From NCBI RefSeq assembly GCF_001194135.2, contig NC_068984.1, positions 16,529,681 to 16,593,680 on the forward strand: a DNA stretch of 64,000 nt, read 5' to 3'. Positions within the stretch are counted from its first letter, which is position 1. Every line of letters starts with the position of its first letter. Source of the DNA: Octopus bimaculoides. Its lineage: Eukaryota. This document shows positions 27,671 through 38,826 of the stretch, piece after piece. A program made the position numbers and the translations under genes. The notes beneath the pieces are model-generated. The model had not been told where the DNA came from and did no database searches. It saw only the letters and a list, made by a program, of their open reading frames with translations.

Positions 27671-28213
27671 CATCATTGAAATCTTGAGTTGCAAGATAAT
27701 CATCCTCATCATTTAATTCTATTTTTCATGCTGGCATGTGCTGGACAGTTTGACAGGAGCTGGCAACATGGAGAGCTGCACCAGGCTCCAATTGTCTGTT
27801 TTGGCATGGTTTCTATGACTGAATGTCCTTTCTAATGCCAGCCATTAGTTCAAAACAATATGAATCATAAGTATTACATTTCATAGATTAATCTGAATAC
27901 TATAGGATTAAACTCAGAACAACTATAGGTATGGAATTAAATCCTTCACCCTGTTTTATCTGATGCTTCAACAATTTCACTAATCTACTGCTGTAAAAAT
28001 GAACTAATCTTCTAATTTATGTCCTGTAAATTCTGGTTAATATTTCTTTTTAAAATTTTTTTCTTGTTTTAACTGTACATGTTTATTTTTTATTTTTACT
28101 CTAATTTTATCAGCATTTCACATAATTTTTTTCCATTTTTTTTTTTCTTAAAGAACTAAAATAGTTAACTGTTTTCTTTGTTTCTTCTTTTTTTTTTTCG
28201 TCTTCTTTTTCAG

Positions 28214-28364
28214 ACTGCATGATACGATGAAAATTAATCAGTTTACCTGCCGCATTATTCATTGCACTCAACTGTTGATGTCTGTCATACAGGTGTACTA
28301 TCATGAAAAGTTAGCAGTTGTTGCCCATTTAATTGATCTTGATCAACTGCCAACTTCAACACAG
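28214..28364 (+). CDS. GRDP-like protein, coding exon 2
   Basis: Acceptor tcttctttttcag, donor CAG|GTAAAC. The 151 nt fit the phase-2 intron and translate to LHDTMKINQFTCRIIHCTQLLMSVIQVYYHEKLAVVAHLIDLDQLPTSTQ. Not in the ORF track; found by hand. Confidence 0.85.
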
Positions 28365-28743
28365 GTAAACAGAAAAAGAAACCACAGGTGTAATTAACAT
28401 ATGATGGGCAGCATATTTGATTATCTTTGATTATCTTTTTTGAAAATTTTATAGCATTCAACACATTGTTGATTATCTCAAATGAATTTATTAACTTTGG
28501 GAACAAGGTACAGACTATGTAAGATGGATCTCTATTATTTCAAAATGTGTATATAATTGAGCATAAATATTTATTTGCACAGTGAAGCTGTAAAAGCAAA
28601 CAAATTTAGATATTTTTTTTTTCCTTTAAGATAATCAATTCTGCCTCCCATGCTTTGTTGATAGATGTATATAACACAGAAGGATGGGTTGATTTATGAA
28701 TGGCTGGATTTATGCTTGTATGAATTTGTATGCCTATATAAAT

Positions 28744-28784
<41 letters not shown>

Positions 28785-28794
28785 NNNNNNNNNN

Positions 28795-28841
<47 letters not shown>

Positions 28842-29534
28842 CATGGATGTGTTTGTAGGAAAGGATGCTGTCATTCAACTTTTGTGTATTCTCTGGCCAC
28901 CATACAATACACTAATCGACAGCTAAGGAGCACAAAGAATCATATTTACATATACACACACATGTGAAAAATAACAGTAGCCATCATCATCATCATCATC
29001 ATCTATCATCATCATCCTAGCATTTCATTAAACACTTGTTTCATTTTATTGTTTCTCAACTTTTATCAGCTCAAGTTTTTCTAAATCTTGATGTGTAATA
29101 AATAGTGTGGATACACGCTTGGCATAGTTGTGTGCTTAAACTGCTCCCCATCCAACTGCACTGTTCCAGGTTTGATTTCATTCTTTGTTGTTGATGCCAT
29201 GTTTACCCTAAAAATACCTTTTAAAAAATTAAAAAATTCCTCCATAGTTTCACTGCTATTGTTTACATTGGCAAGTTGTTTCTATGTAACCATAGCTATT
29301 CGTTGATATGAAGAGTAAACATATAGGGTTTCTCTTGGTTATTAACCAAAAACACTAAGGATACATTAGCTGGTAGTCCTGTCTACATATGACTTTGATC
29401 TCTAGTTTAGTATATACAGCGTATTTATATAAGGAAAAGTCCTTTCTGCAGATTTATATTCAAGGGTTAAAGTCTTCCAAAATTCTGATTGTGTTGCTTA
29501 ATTCAATTCAAATCTGATTTATGATTGTTTTCTT

Positions 29535-29818
29535 GTTCCTTTTCAAGCCATGTCTGGCTCATAAGGGCCAGTTTTCCGGCTTCCTTGGCATATAGGTTCC
29601 CTACCTGGATGGGATGCCAGTCTGTCGCAGGTGAGCTGCTAGATGCAGGAGGAAAGAGGGAGAGAAAGTTGTGGTGAAAGAGTCAGCAGAAGTTTGCCAT
29701 TACCTTTTGCCGGAGCTGTGTTTCACTCATAAACACACACATCGCCTGGTCTGAAATTCAAACCCACGATCCCTCAACTGCGAGTCTTCTGCTCTAACCA
29801 CTAGGCTATGTGCCTCCA
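29535..29818 (-). mobile_element. tRNA-derived SINE family C
   Basis: The minus strand begins gtggaggcacatagcctagtggttagagc...gggtttgaatttc (A- and B-box-like), followed by a distinct body. Confidence 0.6.
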
Positions 29819-29860
29819 CTGATTTATGATTAGGGAAGATTAAATAATATATATATAGAC

Positions 29861-30250
29861 GCAGGAGTGGCTGTGTGGTAAGTGGCTTACTTACCAACCA
29901 CATGGTCCCGGGTTCAGTCCCACTGCATGACACCTTGGGCAAGTGTCTTCTACTATAGCCTCTGGCTGACCAAAGACTTCTGACTGGAAATGGTAGATGG
30001 AAACTGAAAGATGCCTGTCGTATATATATATATGTGTGTTGTGCATCTGGGTTTATCCCCCCATCGTCACTTGACAACTGATGTTGGTGTGTTTATATCC
30101 CGTAACTTAGCAGTTCAGCAAAAAGAGACCAATAGAATAAATACTAGGCTTACAAAGAATAAATCCTGGGGTCGATTTGCTCAACTAAAGGTGGTGCTCC
30201 AGCATGGCTGCAGTCAAATGACTGAAACAATTAAAAGAATAAAAGAATAT
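29861..30250 (+). mobile_element. SINE family A, full-length copy in GRDP intron 2
   Basis: Complete from gcaggagtggctgtgtggtaag to aaaagaataaaagaata. Confidence 0.8.
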
Positions 30251-30627
30251 ATATACATTGGCACAAGCATAGCTGTGTGATAAGAAGCTTGCTTCCCAAC
30301 CCTATGGTTTCATGTTCAGTCCCACAGCATGGCACATCGGGCAAGTGTCTTTTACTATAGTCTTGGACTTATCAAAGCCTTGAGAATGGATTTGGCAGAC
30401 GGAAGCCAAAAGAAGCCCTTCATATATATGTGTGTGTATGTGTGGGTTTGAGTCTGTGTTATATATTATTATATTATTATATGTATTTATTTTCTCTAAG
30501 TTAATAATTAACTCGGACAAAATAAATTGGTTAATAGATACCAGTGTAGCAAAGATCACAAAATGACTGTGATGTAACTCCTGTTTATGAGGCTGAAACT
30601 CCTTGTTATTTTGGGTACTTGAGTAAA

Positions 30628-30852
30628 TATATAGATTTAGTAAATGGAGTAAAACGCATATGTTAAATGAATTCTTTTATTTCCAACATATGTTTCGAAG
30701 ATTACAAATTATACCTTCCATAGGAATAGGTGATGTTGATAAGAATGTAATCTTCTCTTCAGGGAAATGCATGGGAACCAGCTTAACCGTATGTTGGAAA
30801 TAAAAGAATTCATTTAACATATGCGTTTTACTCCATTTACTAAATCTATATA
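30628..30852 (-). mobile_element. Penelope-like pseudo-LTR fragment with inverted tail
   Basis: Perfect 63-bp inverted repeat (30628-30690 and 30790-30852) around the hammerhead, followed by (TA)n. No TSD resolved. Confidence 0.6.
30679..30768 (-). ncRNA. Minimal type I hammerhead ribozyme motif
   Basis: Minus strand reads AUUUCC CUGAAGA GAAGAUUACA-(39 nt)-UGUAAUCUUC GAA ACAUAUGUU^GGAAAU. Perfect 6-bp stem I, perfect 10-bp stem II, palindromic ACAUAUGU stem III, complete core. Confidence 0.8.
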
Positions 30853-30976
30853 TATATATATATATATATATATAACTTATACCATAGTTTCTTTTTTCGT
30901 TTTTTTTTATGATTTCAGTGAAATAAATTCAAATTTTATAATGTCTAATTATTCTACTGTTATTGTTTTATGATAG

Positions 30977-31115
30977 CTTGCTTATCCAGAATCATATCCC
31001 TGCTTCATTCCTTCGTCTGGAGAAAGAGCACTGCTCATAAAAAATCACACTGGTGATTGGGCTATTATTATTGGAAAATGGGCCGGTTTAAAGAAAGGTG
31101 TACCAGGTATTCCAG
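30977..31115 (+). CDS. GRDP-like protein, coding exon 3
   Basis: Acceptor ttttatgatag, donor CAG|GTGAGT. 139 nt, phase 0 to phase 1: LAYPESYPCFIPSSGERALLIKNHTGDWAIIIGKWAGLKKGVPGIP(G). Confidence 0.85.
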
Positions 31116-31695
31116 GTGAGTGCATTTTTCATTTGTCCAATCTTGTTATTGTTATTGATTATTGTCTAGGTCAGCTCTGATTGAAGAACAGATCTATAAC
31201 TAAAGGCCTTCCAACCATGACCACTCTAGTTGGCTTTTTCATTTCCTTATTTTTTTTTACAAGGTGTAAGCATGGCTGTGTGGTAAGAAGTTTGCTTCCT
31301 AACCATATGGTTCTGGGTTCAGTCACACTGCATGGCACCTTGGGCAAGTGTCTTCTACTAAAGCCTTGTAAGTGGATTTGGTTGACAGAAACTGGAAGAA
31401 AACCGGTGTGTGTATGTGTGTGTGTGTGTGTGTGGTGTGTGTGTGTCTGTCTGTCCGCCACCACTGCTTGAGAACCACTGTCAGTGTGTTTACATCCTTG
31501 TACCCTAGCAGTTTGGCAAAAGAGACTGATAGAATAAGTACCAAGCTTAAATAAAGGTACTAGGGTTGATTCATTTGACTAAGAATTCTTCAAAGTGGTG
31601 CCCCAAAATGGTCACAGTCTAATGACTGAAACAATTAAAAGATAAAAGATAACTATAGGAGATTAGTATATTGCTACATGTAGTGTATTGCTACA

Positions 31696-31999
31696 TGCCA
31701 TCCCTGTCACCAGTTGCCCTTCATGTTGTCAGATGCCCTTCCTGTCAGTGGTTGTCCTTCATATTGTTTCATGCCCTTCCTATCACCAGTTGCCTTTCAT
31801 GTTGCCAGATGCCCTTCTTGTCACTGGTTGCCCTTATTGTTGCTACATGCCCTTCCTGTCACCAGTTGCCCTTCATGTTGTCAGATGCCTTTCCTATCAC
31901 CAGTTGCCCTTCCTGTCACCAGTTGCCCTTCATGTTGCTAGATGCCCTTCTTGTTACCAGTTGCCCTTCCTGTCACTGGATACCTTTCCTGTCACCAGG
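31696..31999. repeat. 19-bp minisatellite with alternating A/B units
   Basis: About 16 units; tgcccttcctgtcaccagt alternates with tgcccttcatgttgtcaga. Confidence 0.9.
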
Positions 32000-34830
32000 A
32001 AGTGTATAGTGTATATATTAAAATAGTTTGCTTTGAGCCTGATGGGGCCAGAACTTATCTGAGTTTCAAAGTCTTTTAGGAGATTGCAAATACATGATCC
32101 TTCCAACTCCCATAAACTGAATGGGACACCAGTGGTGATTTAGATTTTAAACACCTCACCCACCCCATTTGCTGTTAGCATTCATTTTCAACCTTACTGA
32201 ACTAGAGCAAAGTGAAATGTTGTACCTTGCTCAAGGACGCAATATGCTTTCAAATCTAAGAATTGAAACCACAACCTAATGGTCATGAGTTTGATACCTT
32301 ATTCACTAGTTCACACATCTTCACATATATAGAACTAGAACCACATTACCCAATATATTAGATAGAGAGTCATTTGAGGAAGATTTGGCAGCTATTTCTA
32401 CTGTCCACATAGAAGCCTCCTTCATTGACTCAGTCATATTTTTCCTAATCTTACAAATGTGCTAGACCAGTGAGTTAACAAAATATGTAAATACCCAAAC
32501 TGTCTTAAAACTATTTTTATTTATTTTTGTATCCTGTTCTCTGTCCAAATTTTATCAATGATGACTTTGTCTTTCATCTCTTAAAATATCATAAAATAGA
32601 TGTACCAGTAATTAATCAGGTTTATTTAATGGACTATATATTGATCCTTTTTAATGATTCTTTTAACCATGTTTCAAAGGAAGTTTTTAATTGATTACCA
32701 GGACCCCCATCTGAAGGTTGTATGGCCTAGTAGTCATGATATTTGACTCAAAATCTTTAGGTCATTGTTCTAATTGTTTCAATTCCCATACCAGGATGCA
32801 CATGTTCTTGAACAAAACATGTTCTTGAGCAAAACAGTTCATATTGTTTCAGCCCACTGAACTGTAAATAAGTACCAGCATCGTCAGGGAGTAAATCCTG
32901 CAAAATACTGGCACCTTTTTTCAGTGGAAGTATTGTAATCCCAGTTATTTGTTCGCCAGGGAAACAAGGTGAAGTTTTAGCTTAACAAGGCTGTAGGATT
33001 GTGACTTTGATATGGACAACAGTTTTTCACTTTTTATTTATTTTATTGATCTCTATTCACATGATGACATCACAATCCCTGTCAACTAATCCTCTTTGAA
33101 GATATGTGCAATGAGAGATCACTCACATGGAAAACGAGTAAGAGTTAGGCATCCATCCAGCTGTGAAACAAAGCCTCAGTTCAATAATGTATTCATCCAA
33201 TTCATGCTAGCTTGGAAATACAGATTTAAAAACAAGTGAATATATACTACAAAGAAGTCAGTGAGCCAGTGGAATTGTTAGCACACAGAGCAAAATGCTA
33301 AGCAGCATTTCAGCCATCTTTATAATCTAAGTTCAAATTCTGCCATGGTCAACTTTGCCTTTCATCCTTTTGGAGTCCATAAAATAAGTTCCAGATGAGC
33401 ATTGAGGTCAATGTAATCAACTTAGCCCCTCTCTCTATAATTGTTGACCCTGATCCAAAATTTAAAACCAAAATATACCACCGAGAGTTTCTGTTCAATA
33501 CACATTTCTATCAGCAATCTTTCACATTATATTATAAGCTATAATACTGTTGACCATATTATAAGTTTTCATATTACATATTATAAACATTGTTGCTTCC
33601 CCTCGTTCCCTCCCCCTCTGTATACCCATACTCTCACCAGACACCATATTCTCCCCACTCCTGACACATGACTCCTTGACGATACCTTGCCAGCACTTGC
33701 CACCATCTCTCTCTTCCTTACTCTACCATCCCATCTATGTCCTGATTCCCATTCTTTGCAAGTATACCCTGACACTTGCCACCATCCCTCTCCTGCTCTT
33801 GCTATCCCCTACTCTCTCTCTCTCTTTCCCTTGCTCTCCCCTCTAGCTGAGTAATCATGTGTCTCCTCTACAGCAACAAACCTATTTCTGCCCTCATTCT
33901 TGATCACTCTCTCTCCCTCCTTTCCTTGCCCATACCTCTCGTTAGGTAATCATGAATTTTCTTTACAGCAGCACACCTCTTTCTTGTTAACCCCCACTCT
34001 CTCTCTAGGTAGCTGTTTCTGCTCTCATTCTTGTTAATTCTCACTCTCTTTCTCTTCCATTCTCTCTGGCTGGGTAACCATGGACCTCCACTGCAGCAAG
34101 ATATCTATTTCTGCCTTTCTGTCACACTCGAATATTTCATCATCTGACCCAAGATCCCTTCCACTCAATGACTCTTTGTCTTGCAAAGTCACTTGGTGAC
34201 CCTGCCAGTGCAGGTGCCACTTAAAAAGTGGCACCATTTGGAAGGACATCCAGTTATAAAAACCATGCCAAAACTGACCTTGCCTGTGCTGGTGCCACAT
34301 AAAAAGCAAAGCACTCAGCCCATGCTGTGGAGTGGTTGGTGTAAGGAAGGGCATCCAGCCATAAAAACCATGCCAAGACAGACACAGAAGCATGGTGCAG
34401 GCTCCTGCCTGGCCAGTTCCTATCAATCCATCCAACCCATACCAGTATGGAGGGAGGACGTTAAATGATGATGATGATGATTGTATTATGCATAAGTTTG
34501 TATATTATATTTTATATATTATATTATAAAGCCAGTCAAACATTATATTACAAGTTTATATATTATATATTATATTAAAACATTATACAATAAACTAAAG
34601 TACTGCCAAACATTACAGCATGAATTATTAATTTGATTAGCTTTGAAGATCAAATAGTTTCATCAGAACAGAATATTACTTGCTCTTTGGTGGCATATAA
34701 TTACTAATATTTAACAGTTAATGGAAGAAATTTGTATAAAATTCTTTTTATCACTTATTTCTCTTTTCTTTTCAAGTGTTTATTAGTCTAGTGTTTCCTT
34801 TGCTTATATATGTAATTTTTTTTTTTGCAG

Positions 34831-35423
34831 GTACAAGGACGACCAAGGGAGTTAAAGGTGTCAAAGGAAGCCCTGGACATTTGGCAGTCAGCATTTTTTA
34901 TCTTCATAAAAAGGCCATTAAAAAATTCAGCATACCTTACGAGAGAAAGAACTATGAACTGGACATTTATCCACTACTGGTCAATCTCTTTAGTGGACAT
35001 ATTAACATCACCTTAGATGATAAGCTGGAGGTAGCCGAGCACATTGCTGTGGCCTTTGCAGTCGGATTGCTTCATGTCCTCTGTCAACCTCACCCGAAAG
35101 GATGGAACCCTCAAGTTGCTGCAGTATCTTCACAAAGCTCAGCGAAAATCTCACAGGAATTCGTGCCTTCTGAAAACATGGTTTTGGTTCAAGCTGGTGG
35201 TTATCATGTAGACACACCTTCAAACTATTATTACTCTCAGAACAATGTGTCATGTGTGTCAGCTGGCTGTGGATGTGGAGATCTTGGAATCAGTGAACTT
35301 GGCTGCATTGATGGCTCAGGTGGTTGTGGTGGGTGTGGTGGATGTGGCGGTTGTGGTGGGTGTGGGGGCTGTGGAGGCTGTGGTGGTGGTTGTGGTGGTG
35401 GCTGTGGAGGATGTGGGGGGTGA
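34831..35423 (+). CDS. GRDP-like protein, terminal coding exon with (GGC)n tail
   Basis: Acceptor ttttttttgcag with a phase-1 start, stop TGA at 35421-35423. The four exons sum to 2271 nt (756 aa plus stop) with no frame break. Confidence 0.88.
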
Positions 35424-35654
35424 ACAGTGTAAAACATGCTTATCACTTACAATCAGAACATCACATAACTTATGTCAACACATATGTACACACACATACA
35501 CACTTTCACGTATATAGAAGTATATACACAATATGGTGTGAAGAGCATTATGTTATTTACATTTTCCTATATGTATGTCTTGGTGAATGTATGCGTGATC
35601 TAGGCACCTCATACCTCTATGAATGGATTTATGTTTACATACGCACAACACATA

Positions 35655-35685
<31 letters not shown>

Positions 35686-37480
35686 TGAGGAAGAATGAGA
35701 GCAAAAGATACTATGTTTATAAATACATAGATGTATGAATGATTGATTTAGTTAACAATGAAGTTTGTAAATTGCCAATAACAACATATTTTCAAAATTC
35801 CACTTAAGATTTATTCTGAGATCATGCAATCCTGAAATGCTTATATTTTATTAGTTTACCTTTTACTGTCTTCTAGGTATTTAATTCCAAATAGCAGTAA
35901 AGTCTCTGCAATGTCTTTTCTTTTTACTGTAGTGATTCTACCTAAGAAATGAATATAAAGAAACCATCCAACGGTTCTGCATTAATACTTGTGACATTCA
36001 CTCTAAAGTGCAATTATGATAATTAGCATTAACGAGCATGAAGGTTAAAAATAGAATTATTTTTGCTAAAGTTTTTCATGTTTGCTCACTGAGTCATTAA
36101 GGAAATGATATATTTGATTGTTAAATTGTTGTTGTTGTTAAGGTTCATTTCAGCTCTGCATGAGCAAACCTAATGATTAAAGGCATTCCAACTATGACGT
36201 CCTGTCTCTTATACATACTGCATTGCATACTATGTATCCTTCTCTATGTAAAGCTGAGATAAGATGTGATTCAAGAAAGATTTGGCTGCTATTTCTAAAA
36301 AGTCAAGCAGCATTGTAGAGGCTCATTTACTTGTTAGGTCGTTGTTGTTGTTGCTGTTGTCGTCATCACCACTATTGTAGTGACCACTGGCCTTATATGT
36401 CTTTTCCTTTCAAATATTAAAATATGTATCAATGTTTCTAATTAGATATTAGTGTAAGCAGACAAAAACAGGTATTATTTGATGTTTTATTGGGAATAAC
36501 TTACTCAGTCATATAGGATGTCACAGGATCTATTATGCTATTATTTTTACATAAGAACATCATATTGCATTTGGAGTTACAGAAGGTCTTGATGGCCTTT
36601 GTAGTTATGTGCCTTGTGAGAATGGGTTAGCTTTAAATTGTTATTAAGACACTTTTTGTCCCACCTTTGAAGTCTGCAATTCTCATCCAAACAGATGATA
36701 GTTCCTCACTTATGCCTTATTCTTCCCAAAGCTTAAAACTAAGGTTGTTCATGGGGCCTATCTGTAAGTGACTTTGGTTGAAAATTGGATTCTTTTTCTT
36801 CTTCTTTATAGTTTAGTCTCTTTTGAAATAAGAATCTTTGGTGAAATTCATGGTTGCATAGCTCTTAAGTGTTTAAGTGGACGTGGAGAAAAGATTATAT
36901 GTAGGTAATGTAGGTGCATTCATTTCTGGTAATTTTTAACTACACTCATAAACCTTTCTCATTCAACAAAAAGATAGGATTTAATCTATTTATTTGAAAT
37001 GTCAAAATATTTTTCTGTTTGTCCGAGACAGCTTCCTCCTTTTTGACTGAATAATTAACAACCAACTCATATCTGCTTCTGGCTGAGGCATCCATGGATG
37101 GTCTGTTGTTTGTTCTTTTTGTATTAAAAGTGTACAAAATAAGGGCTTTGTTCACCACCTTTGCAGTCATCTTGCCCTCCATGACAGTGAAACTGAAGCA
37201 GCCAGTGTCCAGTTTGAACAGTTGTTGGTAAATAGCTGCAGGAAAAACATGGCTGAGGAGGGAACCTTGATTTATATACTTTGGAGTGAGCTGGCAGAAT
37301 CGTTAGCTGATTAGATGAAATGCTTAGGGGCATTTCTTCCATCTCCTTACATTCTTAGTTCAAATGAGGTCTGATTTGCCTTTCATCCTTTTTGTGGGTT
37401 TGATTAAATAAGTACTAGAATTGATTACATGACTTGCCCTCTCCTCTGAAATGACCGGCCTTGTCCCATAATTAGAAAGA

Positions 37481-37516
<36 letters not shown>

Positions 37517-37842
37517 TTAATGTGGCAAAATGGCAGAGTTGTTATACTTTAACAGCATTTCATCCATCTTTACATTCTGAGTTTAAATTCCACTGGGGTC
37601 AACTTTACCTTTCATCCTTTCAGAATCAATAGCACTAGAGTCGATGTATTCAACTTACCCCATCCCCTAAAATTGCTGACTTTGTACCAAAATTTGAAAC
37701 CATTATTATTATCATCATCATCATTATCATTACACTAGTGCATACTAATTTAGTTAGTAAGTCTTTTTGTCTTAATGTTTGCTGACAACTAAGTCTCCTT
37801 AAGTCTCAAGAATCTTCCTTAGGTTTCTTGCAGAATATAGGA

Positions 37843-37873
<31 letters not shown>

Positions 37874-38320
37874 TATTATTCTTTTTTTTTATTAAAGAAT
37901 AGCAGATTCAATAGTGTTGAATAAAATGCCTTGCAGTATTAGTTTATATCCTTTCACATTGTAACTTCATCCCTCTAGTATTAATAAAATGTGTACCAGT
38001 AATAATCTGAGACACTATTCAATCAAGTATTGATATATATGTTAACACACATTATAAACCATACAAATAGCCTAACAGATCCACAATCCTTCATATATAT
38101 ATATATTCTGAAATATATTTATAAATATATAAAATATATGCATAAATATTTATACATATAAATATATGCATAAATATTTATATTTATAAATATATATATA
38201 AATATTTATATATATAAATATATCTATAAATATTTATATATATAAAAATATCTATAAATATTTATATATATAAGTATTTATATAAATAGATATATAAATA
38301 TGTAAATGTATAGAAATATA

Positions 38321-38355
<35 letters not shown>

Positions 38356-38753
38356 GTATTCTGAAATATATTTACAGATGTAAGCATATTCATATTTACA
38401 GGTTATTTATACATCATATCTGTTATTAAGAATTTCATGGTTCCTTCTCAAATTACACACACATTTCAGGAGTAATTAGTAGTCAGGTTGTCTGTGAGAG
38501 ATTTTATTCTTTTAAACGTTCTTGTTTTCACTGTTCCTAAGGTGTTAGAGTTCTTGAATTTATGCTTTATACAATTTAATCTCTCTCTCTCTCTCTCTCT
38601 CCTCCTGTTCCCCTTAATTGTTGTTCCTCTCTATTCCACATAACATAACCTGGCAGGTTCTTCATATTACCTTTGGTATCACCACATCAAGCAAATCTAC
38701 AACATTTTGTCCATGGCATGATTATCATTATGGCATTTCAGAGAAAGGCAACA

Positions 38754-38826
38754 TTTTCTTTGGTGAAGTAGTTATCACATCTGCTTAACATGCAGAAGGT
38801 CGCGAGTTCGAAACTCGCTGGAACCT
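38754..38826 (+). pseudogene. tRNA-Val(AAC) pseudogene
   Basis: Anticodon arm TCTGC-TTAACAT-GCAGA, T arm GCGAG-TTCGAAA-CTCGC, 3' acceptor strand TGGAACC and a downstream T-run are intact. The 5' acceptor strand (TTTTCTT instead of GGTTCCA) and the A box are decayed. Confidence 0.7.

Noticed and set aside
31671-32026. Regular repeats as a CRISPR array or repetitive protein
   Set aside because: There are no unique spacers, the context is eukaryotic, and the region is a simple intronic minisatellite.
35237-35698. Pro-rich, Val-rich and Trp-rich ORFs in the track
   Set aside because: They are alternative-frame or antisense readings of the GRDP (GGC)n tail.
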